Below the pieces are notes generated by a model that saw only the letters and a program-made list of their open reading frames with translations, did not search any database and was not told the origin of the DNA. A program made the position numbers and the translations under genes. Source: an uncultured virus (IMG/VR IMGVR_UViG_3300042881_004667) (Duplodnaviria; Heunggongvirae; Uroviricota; Caudoviricetes). From it: DNA of 20,000 nucleotides. Location of the stretch: IMG/VR virus record IMGVR_UViG_3300042881_004667. One strand, given 5' to 3'. Shown here piece after piece: positions 8,886 through 16,797 of the stretch (positions are counted from its first letter, which is position 1; every line of letters begins with the position of its first letter).

Positions 8886-9182
8886 ATGAGCAAGCACAAG
8901 AAAGCCGCTAGTGCCGCCAAGATCCACAAGGATTCCATGGAGTGCAACAAGCCAAGAAAAACTCCTGGTCATGCAACTAAATCACACGTTGTCAAAGCAT
9001 GTGAAGGAGGCGAGGAAAAAATCATTAGGTTTGGTCAACAAGGCGTAGAAGGCGCCGGTAAGAATCCCAGAACAGAAAAAGATAAGGCGCGTAAAAAATC
9101 GTATTACGCCAGACATAACGCACAGGATGCAAACCCTGACAAAATGTCGGCACGGTACTGGTCGCATAAAACGAAATGGTAA
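8886..9182 (+). CDS. Conserved basic phage protein of unknown function
   Basis: KIIRFGQQG...ARKKSYYARH...SARYWS..KW, a pattern familiar from phage hypothetical proteins. Confidence 0.7.
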   Translation: MSKHKKAASAAKIHKDSMECNKPRKTPGHATKSHVVKACEGGEEKIIRFGQQGVEGAGKNPRTEKDKARKKSYYARHNAQDANPDKMSARYWSHKTKW

Positions 9183-9222
9183 ATAGCGTTAAGTGGTAGA
9201 ATAACTGGGTTGCTCGAGCCCA

Positions 9223-9648
9223 ATGTCTAACGCCAACAGCCGTTTTGTTTCTGTGTATTGTGAAACATGTGGATGCGAAGGATCCATTCGGCTAGATCAG
9301 TACACTCGCCGACAGGGGTTATGGAAATGTAGATCTTGCAATAAGAAAGGGCAAGTACCAGCTAATAAAGGCACAGGAGTAAAAAATAATCCTGCACTTT
9401 TTAGAACGCGTTCTAGTTATTACAAAGCAAAATATCGTTGTAAAACGGGTCACAGAGGATACTACGTAAATGTTGAGTTTCGTTTTACATCACTTCAACA
9501 GTTGATTGACGAGATTGGAGTAAGGCCCGAAGGTTACAGTTTAGATCGAATTGACAATTTAGGACACTACGAACCAGGAAACGTAAGGTGGGCTACACAC
9601 AAAGAGCAATGTAATAATAGAAGAAAGAAAGGTACTGTTCAAAAGTAA
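9223..9648 (+). CDS. HNH-type putative homing endonuclease with an N-terminal zinc ribbon
   Basis: CETC...CRSC, plus RPEGYSLDRIDNLGHYEPGNVRWAT..EQ.NN, typical of phage HNH-like endonucleases. Confidence 0.8.
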   Translation: MSNANSRFVSVYCETCGCEGSIRLDQYTRRQGLWKCRSCNKKGQVPANKGTGVKNNPALFRTRSSYYKAKYRCKTGHRGYYVNVEFRFTSLQQLIDEIGVRPEGYSLDRIDNLGHYEPGNVRWATHKEQCNNRRKKGTVQK

Positions 9649-9656
9649 AAGGTGAA

Positions 9657-9893
9657 ATGGTGATGCAGTTAGCAGGAAAGTATTTGGAATTTGACATGTT
9701 ATTGAGTCCAGCATTTAGGACTACTCTTGGACCTCAGTATGAAAATATTACACAAGATCAGTTTAAAAAACTGGACAACGCCTTAAGAACACTTGGTACT
9801 GCTCCTCAGGGAAGCGATCAAGCTATTAAAGGAATGATTCAATTAGGGGAAGTTCAAAACGAAATAGGTGCAGCCATGGCTGTACGTCGCTAA
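9657..9893 (+). CDS. Hypothetical protein
   Basis: 78 aa ORF preceded by AAGGTG and tightly packed on the coding strand. Confidence 0.55.
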   Translation: MVMQLAGKYLEFDMLLSPAFRTTLGPQYENITQDQFKKLDNALRTLGTAPQGSDQAIKGMIQLGEVQNEIGAAMAVRR

Positions 9894-9919
9894 ACTGTGT
9901 AGGCCGCTTTTTCATCAGT

Positions 9920-10042
9920 ATGGCAAAGCCTAAGTCCACCACGATCTTAATTGAGTCCAAGCCTAAGAAGACTCGTCAAGGCGACGGCAAGCATTCACGT
10001 CCTAGCCACGGACGTAAATTGTCTCGCGGCCAAGGCAAGTAA
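9920..10042 (+). CDS. Small basic 40-aa protein, absent from the ORF track
   Basis: MAKPKSTTILIESKPKKTRQGDGKHSRPSHGRKLSRGQGK*. The KKTRQG...RGQGK pattern resembles small cyanophage proteins. TAAACT lies upstream at 9891-9896. Confidence 0.7.
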   Translation: MAKPKSTTILIESKPKKTRQGDGKHSRPSHGRKLSRGQGK

Positions 10043-10056
10043 AAATTATGTATACT

Positions 10057-10080
10057 TGGGGGTAACACTTGTTACCCCTA
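10057..10080 (+). promoter_or_regulatory. Hairpin occluding the endolysin start, preceded by a -10 element (TATACT 10051-10056)
   Basis: TGGGGGTAAC-ACTT-GTTACCCCTA; the stem includes the A of ATG 10080. Confidence 0.6.
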
Positions 10081-10709
10081 TGGATAATTACAGGCAAGCG
10101 ATTGATTTAATTTGTCGTTACGAAGGTTTCAATGAACTTGCTTACCCAGATCCTCAAACAGGTGCAGAGCCTTACACGATTGGATTTGGTACACAGTATT
10201 ATCCTGACGGCAGTGTTGTAAAGAAAACCCAGTGCTGCACACAACGCAAAGCCCTGGAGTATCTTGTCGATGAACTCACCGTTTTAAACACAGAACTTTT
10301 GAAGTTGAACCTAGGCTTGGATGAGTGCATGCACCAAGCACTGCTTTCGTTCTGTCATTCGGTTGGTTGGGAAAGTTTCCTGTACAGTTCCATCATTGAC
10401 TGCCTTGAAGTCGATGACTACGTTGGCGTAACAGAAGAAATTGCACGGTGGGTCTTTGATGCAGATCACCAAGTCATCGGTGGTCTCCTGGAACGACGCA
10501 GGGAAGAAATCAACCTATTCCTTGCCGACGTTGAAGCCAAGCCTTGGGTTGCCACAGACGTACTACTGCGTGCGTTCAGAAGCTATGGTGCGAAGCCCCA
10601 TGAGACGGAAGCAATCCGAACCTTGGAAGCGACAATCAACCCCTATGCGCTCGCCGAATTTGCTAACCGTTTCAAGCTTGACGACGCCTCTGCCTTTTCA
10701 AGTGACTAG
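10080..10709 (+). CDS. Endolysin, GH24 phage lysozyme with a C-terminal extension
   Basis: RYEGF...AYPDP...YTIGFG carries the catalytic E/D/T pattern; also ALLSFCHSVG and GLLERRREE. The true start is probably 10080, not 9951. Confidence 0.9.
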   Translation: MDNYRQAIDLICRYEGFNELAYPDPQTGAEPYTIGFGTQYYPDGSVVKKTQCCTQRKALEYLVDELTVLNTELLKLNLGLDECMHQALLSFCHSVGWESFLYSSIIDCLEVDDYVGVTEEIARWVFDADHQVIGGLLERRREEINLFLADVEAKPWVATDVLLRAFRSYGAKPHETEAIRTLEATINPYALAEFANRFKLDDASAFSSD

Positions 10710-10742
10710 CGTCCTAGAATAAATGCAGTACTCAGGCTTTCC

Positions 10743-11039
10743 ATGGAGAACGAATCCACACGTAAAGAGTTTGAATTACCTTTAGAACTTCAGTTTGCTA
10801 TGCGTAAAGCTGAGCTGCAAACAGAGGAGATGTGTTGGGAAGAACTGCAGGCGGCACTGTTAAACCTGTACTTCCAACGGATGATGGAATGGGCAGCCGT
10901 TAAAGAAATCATGTGTTCTGAAGGGATTGATATTGAGTGGGATCTGCCTAGTGAGTTGGAACTCAGTGAACTCGCCCTGGCTTGTATGCAGGACGAGTCG
11001 GACGATGACGACGATTTACACTACGCTCATCCCTTTTGA
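10743..11039 (+). CDS. nblA: NblA-like phycobilisome degradation adaptor with an acidic C-terminal extension
   Basis: ELPLELQFAMRKAELQTEEMCWEELQAALLNLYFQRMMEWAAVKEIM fits the NblA pattern L.LEQQF.....E.....M..E.....L..LY.Q.M......K. Confidence 0.65.
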   Translation: MENESTRKEFELPLELQFAMRKAELQTEEMCWEELQAALLNLYFQRMMEWAAVKEIMCSEGIDIEWDLPSELELSELALACMQDESDDDDDLHYAHPF

Positions 11040-11353
11040 CTTTCGTCCAATTGAATAAGACGATCTAGGTACCACTGTGCTTTCTTCAGTGATTCTGTCT
11101 CGCCTTTGTGGCGCTCACGCCAAATATACTTTATGTTATTTCCCTTGCAGTAACCACGGAATTCTTCGTTGGTTAAAGCCGCCTCAATGGCTTCGATGCA
11201 TTCGATGCCCCCATCGGTGTAATGCGAGGGATGATTTACAACATCCTCTTTGATTGTGGGCGTTGTTTCGAGCGGTTTAATGGTAACCCATGGTACTGGA
11301 CAAACGCCATCTACACACCCATTGGTTTCTTCAACAGGGGAAAACATGTCCAT
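11027..11353 (-). CDS. DUF3310 protein (SaV-like / T7 gp1.7-related nucleotide kinase family)
   Basis: DVVNHPSHYTDGGIECIEAI...GYCKGNNIKYIWRERHKG..ESLKKAQWYLDRL. Confidence 0.85.
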   Translation of the reverse strand: MDMFSPVEETNGCVDGVCPVPWVTIKPLETTPTIKEDVVNHPSHYTDGGIECIEAIEAALTNEEFRGYCKGNNIKYIWRERHKGETESLKKAQWYLDRLIQLDESQKG

Positions 11354-11386
11354 TGTAAAAATGCCGACTGAGACAGCCTAGCAGGT

Positions 11387-11752
11387 TTAACGCATTAAGC
11401 CTTTGCGTTTGGCGGAAAGCAGAAGTTCCATCTCATCTGGATCACCGTCAATATCACCAAGGACGCCAGGAGATTTGGGGTTTGCGCCATATAAAGCCAT
11501 ACCTTCTTCCATGGAAGGAATGTAACCCGTCAAGCCTGGACGTTGACCATATAAACCTTGACCTTCAATATTAAGTGGATTGCGTTGCATACCATCCATG
11601 GGAGCAACTAAACCCGTGTTATACATATCTTGAAGAGGTACGTCGTTGGCCACGGTATCAAGGGGTGCACCAAAATCTTCAAAACCAATACAACGGCACT
11701 TTACTTGATCATTATTTGCTGCAAACTCTTGCAAAAACATTGAGGGCCGCAT
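11387..11752 (-). CDS. Hypothetical protein
   Basis: 121 aa ORF on the same strand as the DUF3310 gene; it fills the gap between neighbours. Confidence 0.6.
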   Translation of the reverse strand: MRPSMFLQEFAANNDQVKCRCIGFEDFGAPLDTVANDVPLQDMYNTGLVAPMDGMQRNPLNIEGQGLYGQRPGLTGYIPSMEEGMALYGANPKSPGVLGDIDGDPDEMELLLSAKRKGLMR

Positions 11753-11789
11753 TGTTTTCTTAGCGATATATCCTTTCTATAATGATAGT

Positions 11790-12113
11790 ATGAGCAAGTT
11801 TAGATCCGAGACTTACGACGCAGCCAAGGACTCCGGCACTTCTGCTGGGGTACCAACGGATCTGAACCCTGGAAGAGCTTATAACGTGGATCTGCGGTAC
11901 GTGCGACCGCAAGAACGAGGCGTCGTTGGTTCCGCGTCAAAAGGAGCAGTGGCACGCGTTGACCGCTTCATGAAAAGTGCACGTGCTGCTGGCAAATATC
12001 AGAAGAACCAACTGATTAACGAACCCACCAGTGCCAATGCTGGTGACAGTGGTGGGCGTGCAGGGTCTACCGCGTATGCAGACAAACCCAAGCAATCGTT
12101 TGGACGTAGTTAA
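11790..12113 (+). CDS. Hypothetical protein, possibly on a leaderless transcript
   Basis: 107 aa ORF. TATAAT at 11778-11783 ends 6 nt before the ATG. Confidence 0.6.
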   Translation: MSKFRSETYDAAKDSGTSAGVPTDLNPGRAYNVDLRYVRPQERGVVGSASKGAVARVDRFMKSARAAGKYQKNQLINEPTSANAGDSGGRAGSTAYADKPKQSFGRS

Positions 12114-12697
12114 ACCTGTGGAAAAACCACGGTATTTGGCTGGTCTTGGTACTTACCTTTCCGATCTTGGTAGCTGACTTCACAAGGATTACCACGGTAG
12201 AAAAGCAGTTGAGTAATCCCCTCGTTTGCGTACACACGGTTGAATAGACCAGTGCAGTTACTGATCTCAAGTGTCAGGTAACCTTCCCATCCACTTTCAG
12301 CGGGCGTAATGTTAACTAAGATTCCTGAGCGTGCGTACGTAGATTTACCAACGGCAACAACAGTGACATCACGAGGCAACTTCAAACGTTCTTGTGCAAC
12401 GCCTAAACAATACCCATACGGAGGAAGAAGAAAGTATTTGCCGCGTTCATCTTCCAGAAGTTCCGCAGGCTTTAAAATACTTTCGTCAAAGGCTTTTGGG
12501 TCGCAATCACCGGTTTGAATCTTACCAAAGATCAGGCACTGACTTGGGGACAAACGAATGTCATATCCGTAAGAGCTAAGGCCATAACTTAACAAACGCC
12601 GACCATCTTCTTTGCTGATCAAACGATCAACAAAGGGTTCGATCATTTGTTCTTTCTCGGCACGCTCTTTGATTTCCCAATCGGCCAGGACGCTCAT
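12110..12697 (-). CDS. dcd: dCTP deaminase
   Basis: SYGLSSYGYDIRL, GKSTYARSG, TPAESGWEGYLTLEISN, YANEGITQLLF and YQDRKGKYQ.Q motifs. Confidence 0.95.
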   Translation of the reverse strand: MSVLADWEIKERAEKEQMIEPFVDRLISKEDGRRLLSYGLSSYGYDIRLSPSQCLIFGKIQTGDCDPKAFDESILKPAELLEDERGKYFLLPPYGYCLGVAQERLKLPRDVTVVAVGKSTYARSGILVNITPAESGWEGYLTLEISNCTGLFNRVYANEGITQLLFYRGNPCEVSYQDRKGKYQDQPNTVVFPQV

Positions 12698-12715
12698 AAG
12701 ACCTCGATAGCTTGT

Positions 12716-13315
12716 TCAGTCTACAAGGAGATGGCCACGTTCGCCGTAGATTTTACAGAAGTGTTCTACTGCATCTCCTGACCGATCTTTGGGAGGCAGG
12801 TAGACCAAGAAAGACGTGCACGTTTGTTTTTTTTCTACATTCCCATCAAGGTTGCGAAGCAGGTAAGGGACAGTACGTAGAACGCACATGGGAAATTTAA
12901 AGATCTTTGGCTCGTATCGAATCATGTCAGGGCAGTTACTAAAGTAAAGCCCTTGCTCAATTTCATCCGCCAGCCATGCATGGTACATTCGACGGAACCA
13001 TACGGCATGCGAAGAAGTCAACGTCAATGACGAAGCGCGGGTCATCTTCCACCGTTGGTTCTTTTGGTCCCAGAAGTATGATCCCGCTGGTGGAAACAAA
13101 TAGCAGCTTCCGTACCATTGTTGGTTATTTAACCCGTCATCCACAGGTGTGTAGTATTCAGTCGCTTGTACGTACTCATTGGCAACCTTGGAGCTAGCCA
13201 CATCCAAGTCAATGCCGCCTAGAAGTTCGTTGGCAGCATGCACCAAGTCTGCGTTAGTGATGAGTTCTGCGCCTTCAACCCTGGCGGATACGCCGCGAAT
13301 ACCTTTCTCAGTCAT
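12716..13315 (-). CDS. Phage N6-adenine DNA methyltransferase-like protein with a degenerate catalytic motif
   Basis: GGIDLDVASS..AN....A..YYT..DDGL...W.G matches phage Dam-family motifs, but LFPPA replaces NPPY. Confidence 0.7.
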   Translation of the reverse strand: MTEKGIRGVSARVEGAELITNADLVHAANELLGGIDLDVASSKVANEYVQATEYYTPVDDGLNNQQWYGSCYLFPPAGSYFWDQKNQRWKMTRASSLTLTSSHAVWFRRMYHAWLADEIEQGLYFSNCPDMIRYEPKIFKFPMCVLRTVPYLLRNLDGNVEKKQTCTSFLVYLPPKDRSGDAVEHFCKIYGERGHLLVD

Positions 13316-13697
13316 CGTTAACGATGTCGTTATACGCTATTTCCAAATAGCGAAGACCCTTGTCATCATTGATGATGTACCCTGCTTTCTCCATCGGATC
13401 AATCTTTTGTGCAGCGGCAAGAATGCGTCGCAATGTCTCGGCAAGATCACCGTTATTGTTATGTTCGCAATCTTCTTCTGCTGCGTGAATTTCTTTTAAC
13501 GTCCAAAAGAATATAGACCGCTCTTTATTGTCAGGCTGGAATACCAAGACGCCAGGACCTTCTGCGTCCCAAAACTTGACGTACTGTGCGCCCATGTCCC
13601 CAAGGATGAGCTTGACAGTGGTATCAAGCATTTTTGCCTTGGTCTCATCTAGTTCAGGACCAATGACTGACGCAATTAACTTCTCACGGCGATCCAC
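13308..13697 (-). CDS. Hypothetical protein
   Basis: 129 aa; overlaps both neighbours in an operon-like arrangement. Confidence 0.7.
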   Translation of the reverse strand: MDRREKLIASVIGPELDETKAKMLDTTVKLILGDMGAQYVKFWDAEGPGVLVFQPDNKERSIFFWTLKEIHAAEEDCEHNNNGDLAETLRRILAAAQKIDPMEKAGYIINDDKGLRYLEIAYNDIVNDD

Positions 13698-14154
13698 TTT
13701 TTAACAACCCTTGACGATGCAGAGATTCTAACAGTTTTGGAGTTGGCTGGTACAAGACAACCAACTTGCCAAGCACGCCGCGTTTCTTGCAGAGTTTTCC
13801 TTGCTCATCTCGCACCTTATCAAATTCCCCGGACCTGATCAAATACTCGGCAACACATCGCAATCGACGTTTAAGAGGCAACTCTGCTTGTGGAAATTTA
13901 CCGCAGATTGTATCTGGGTTTAGGTCTTTGAATGCCAGTCGTAATCGATTGGCCAAGGTCATGCCAGAGTTGGCATCCTCTTCTTCGTAGTTCTTTAAGT
14001 TTTCTAGGTAACGACGCAAGCAACCATCATCGAAAGAACCCCAGGGTGGTAAGAACATTTCCACTTGATCTGCCAGGGATTTGGGCAGTAGCTCCTCATG
14101 GTTATCGATATTGATAGCATCGATATCAATTCCCTTAAAACGATGTGCCATCAC
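13684..14154 (-). CDS. Hypothetical protein, possible winged-helix C-terminus
   Basis: 156 aa; start/stop overlap with the upstream HTH gene; basic helix plus hairpin-like C-terminus. Confidence 0.65.
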   Translation of the reverse strand: MMAHRFKGIDIDAINIDNHEELLPKSLADQVEMFLPPWGSFDDGCLRRYLENLKNYEEEDANSGMTLANRLRLAFKDLNPDTICGKFPQAELPLKRRLRCVAEYLIRSGEFDKVRDEQGKLCKKRGVLGKLVVLYQPTPKLLESLHRQGLLKSGSP

Positions 14155-14561
14155 TCAAGAACCTCTTTGGTTGCATGATACAAGTGATACTGCGCACGTA
14201 GGTTTTTAAGATTGATGTTTTCGTTTTTAGCAAAAGACTGAATGAGGCGATTCCATGGAATACGCAAAACTGCTTTTTTGTGGACGTCAGGAGAAACGTT
14301 GACATAATGAATACCTTCTACCCAGCCTTTATCAGGGTTTTTTCTACCGATTGCAATCCAGTTGCGGATGGTTTGATCGGAGACTCCTAGACGCCTACCA
14401 CATTCTTCTGTCGAAATGTATTCATCTGCAAACATTTCGGGGTTGGCAATGTCAGTCTCAGCGTTTGAGTACCGACTATGCCACATGGAACCAAGGATAT
14501 TCCTGATTCCTTTTAGTTCGTAGGCAATGTCTTCCAAGCCTTTGCGTAGTCCGTACGGCAT
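14151..14561 (-). CDS. Helix-turn-helix DNA-binding protein (excisionase/MerR-like)
   Basis: YISTEECGRRLGVSDQTIRNWI...WVEGIHY. Confidence 0.8.
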   Translation of the reverse strand: MPYGLRKGLEDIAYELKGIRNILGSMWHSRYSNAETDIANPEMFADEYISTEECGRRLGVSDQTIRNWIAIGRKNPDKGWVEGIHYVNVSPDVHKKAVLRIPWNRLIQSFAKNENINLKNLRAQYHLYHATKEVLE

Positions 14562-14612
14562 GCTGCACTCCGATCAATTAAATGCTAGTCTTTTGTAAAC
14601 AACTTTGTGATC

Positions 14613-14921
14613 ATGGAAGAGCAAATTCCACCTAGCCAACTTCCCATGCAACAGACTTTGGAAGGGCAGATTACTCCTGAGATGTTGGCAGAAATGAAAG
14701 CACGTGCCATGGAGCTGGCTATCCAACAAACAGTACCTCAGCGTCTACCTATAGAAACCTCACTGGAAGCTTTGCCGCAAGTTGTGTATGTGCGGCGTAA
14801 TTTAACCGTGGCGGAACTGCTGTTGGTACTATTGCTTTCCTGTGGAATTGTAACAGGAATTCAAGGGCTTTGGTACTTAGGTACTAATTTATTGCCACGT
14901 CTTGAGATTAGGGTACGCTAA
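14613..14921 (+). CDS. Hypothetical membrane protein
   Basis: Hydrophobic stretch LLLVLLLSCGIVTGIQGLWYLG. ATG 14613 preferred (ORF track uses GTG 14607). Confidence 0.65.
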   Translation: MEEQIPPSQLPMQQTLEGQITPEMLAEMKARAMELAIQQTVPQRLPIETSLEALPQVVYVRRNLTVAELLLVLLLSCGIVTGIQGLWYLGTNLLPRLEIRVR

Positions 14922-14964
14922 ATAAGCCGCACTATAATAAAGGAAAGAATTGCGCAGTAGATAG

Positions 14965-16761
14965 GTGGCAAACCGCCGTATTACCGAATTTCCTGCAATT
15001 GCAGCGAACGAAATTGTAGACCAGGATGTCATGACCCTGGTCCACGTTTTTGAGGTGGACCCGTCACTGCGCAACAAAAAAATTACCTTTTCTCAATTCA
15101 GGGATTATCTCGATTTATATTACGCCCCTGGCAGTGGCGCTTTAATTAGCGGTAACGTCACTATCACTGGCAACTTAACAGTAGGTGGCAACTCCAGTTT
15201 TAATACGGTAACTGCGTCTGGCCTTAGTACGTTTAGTGGAATTGTTGTTCAAAACAATGCCACTGTCAGCGGTACTGTCAGCGGCAACACCGTAACAGGT
15301 ACTTTTATTCAAGGAAGTCAAGTTAATGCAGTAACTGGTACCTTTACAACCTTAGCGACAGGAGCTACTGCGTCTTTCCCAACGGGAAACTTTACAAGTC
15401 TTACTGGCACTACAACAAGTGGTGTAAGTGCTTTCTTTACAAATGGCACGTTCACCAACGTAACTGGTACTACATTCACAGGAACAACCGTTGCCGCAAC
15501 CACTGGTACGTTCCAGGTTTTGGGAACGCCAATTCTTGACGTTAGCGGGAACTTATCTGTTGCAAGTGGATTAACGGTCACGGGTATTGCACAATTTGCA
15601 AGCAGCGTACGTGTCACTGGAACTCTTTCGGGAACCACAATTACTGGAACTACTGCACAGTTCTCAACAGTCTCTGGCGTTTCTGGTGTATTTACTACTC
15701 AGGTATCAGGTGCCACAATTACGGGCAATACACTTTTAGTGTCTAATGCCACTGGTGTTTCGGGGACATTTACTACACGTGTTTCGGGAGCAACAGTAAC
15801 CGGCAATACGGGTGCTTTTGGTAGCATCAGTGGAATCTCTGGTGTCTTTACCCAAGTTATTTCCGGTCAGACAATTACAGGAGATGGCGGTAACTTTGGA
15901 ACAATAACGGGAGTTTCTGGTTCGTTTACAAACTTATCAGGAGCAACTGTTACAGGTACCGTTGTTAACGCAGGGACTGTTACTTCGGTTACCGGTAACT
16001 TTGGCCGCGTGTCGGGTACGACAGTAACAGGTAATGCCGGACAATTTACGACGGTCACAGGCGCCACCGTCATTGGAACTACCAGTGTTTCTGGCGCAAC
16101 GGTCACTGGTAACGCAGGTCAATTTACAAATGTCACAGGCGTTACAGTCGTTGGCACTACTAGTGTTTCAGGTGCCACCGTTACCGGTAACACAGTACTT
16201 GCAACAAACTTAACGGGTCAAGTCGGTACATTTACCACTAGTGTGTCCGGTGCAACAATCACTGGCAATACTGTTTTAAGTACGTCGGGAAGATTCCAGA
16301 ATGTAAGTGGAGCTGTTATTACCGGCGACACCATGCAAGCCGGATTAATTTCGGCCGTATCTGGTGTTTTTACAAACATTGTTTTTGTTAACACTGTTGT
16401 TTCCGGTAACTTATCAGTATTAGGTACGGGCATTTTTTCCACAGGAGGCATTGTTTCTTCGGGAACAATCAGTGGAAGTAATGTTGTTTCACCTAGTGGA
16501 ATATTTACTTATCTCTCTGGTACGACTGTTACAGGTAACACTGCTAACTTTGCAACCAGTATTTCAAGCGCTACGGTTACCGGCACATCAGTTAATTCAG
16601 TAACTGTTAGCAGCACAACGGGTACTTTTACGTCAATTACAGGATCGACGTTAAGAGTAACCACACCTTCTGGAGCAACCCCAGCCATCGTATGTTCTGG
16701 CGTTGTTTCCGGTAGCGCAAGTGGGTTTGTAATCCAAGGCCCACTAATTATTCTTCCGTAA
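14965..16761 (+). CDS. Putative tail fibre protein with Thr/Gly/Val/Ser-rich repeats
   Basis: The N-terminal ANRRITEFPA...NKKITF resembles fibre anchor segments. It is followed by many SGATVTG/GTFT repeats of 15-16 aa. Confidence 0.75.
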   Translation: MANRRITEFPAIAANEIVDQDVMTLVHVFEVDPSLRNKKITFSQFRDYLDLYYAPGSGALISGNVTITGNLTVGGNSSFNTVTASGLSTFSGIVVQNNATVSGTVSGNTVTGTFIQGSQVNAVTGTFTTLATGATASFPTGNFTSLTGTTTSGVSAFFTNGTFTNVTGTTFTGTTVAATTGTFQVLGTPILDVSGNLSVASGLTVTGIAQFASSVRVTGTLSGTTITGTTAQFSTVSGVSGVFTTQVSGATITGNTLLVSNATGVSGTFTTRVSGATVTGNTGAFGSISGISGVFTQVISGQTITGDGGNFGTITGVSGSFTNLSGATVTGTVVNAGTVTSVTGNFGRVSGTTVTGNAGQFTTVTGATVIGTTSVSGATVTGNAGQFTNVTGVTVVGTTSVSGATVTGNTVLATNLTGQVGTFTTSVSGATITGNTVLSTSGRFQNVSGAVITGDTMQAGLISAVSGVFTNIVFVNTVVSGNLSVLGTGIFSTGGIVSSGTISGSNVVSPSGIFTYLSGTTVTGNTANFATSISSATVTGTSVNSVTVSSTTGTFTSITGSTLRVTTPSGATPAIVCSGVVSGSASGFVIQGPLIILP

Positions 16762-16797
16762 TTTTCTCGGCTAAAATAAACAAAAAGAGACAACAAA

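Noticed and set aside
9181..9660. HNH gene inside a group I intron
   Set aside because: The flanking ORFs look complete, with their own starts and stops, and there is no room for intron core elements.
9951..10079. 43-aa N-terminal extension of the lysozyme in the ORF track (possible SAR or signal region)
   Set aside because: It uses a TTG start that overlaps the better 9920-10042 ORF. The GH24 domain begins right after ATG 10080, and the extension is not convincingly hydrophobic.
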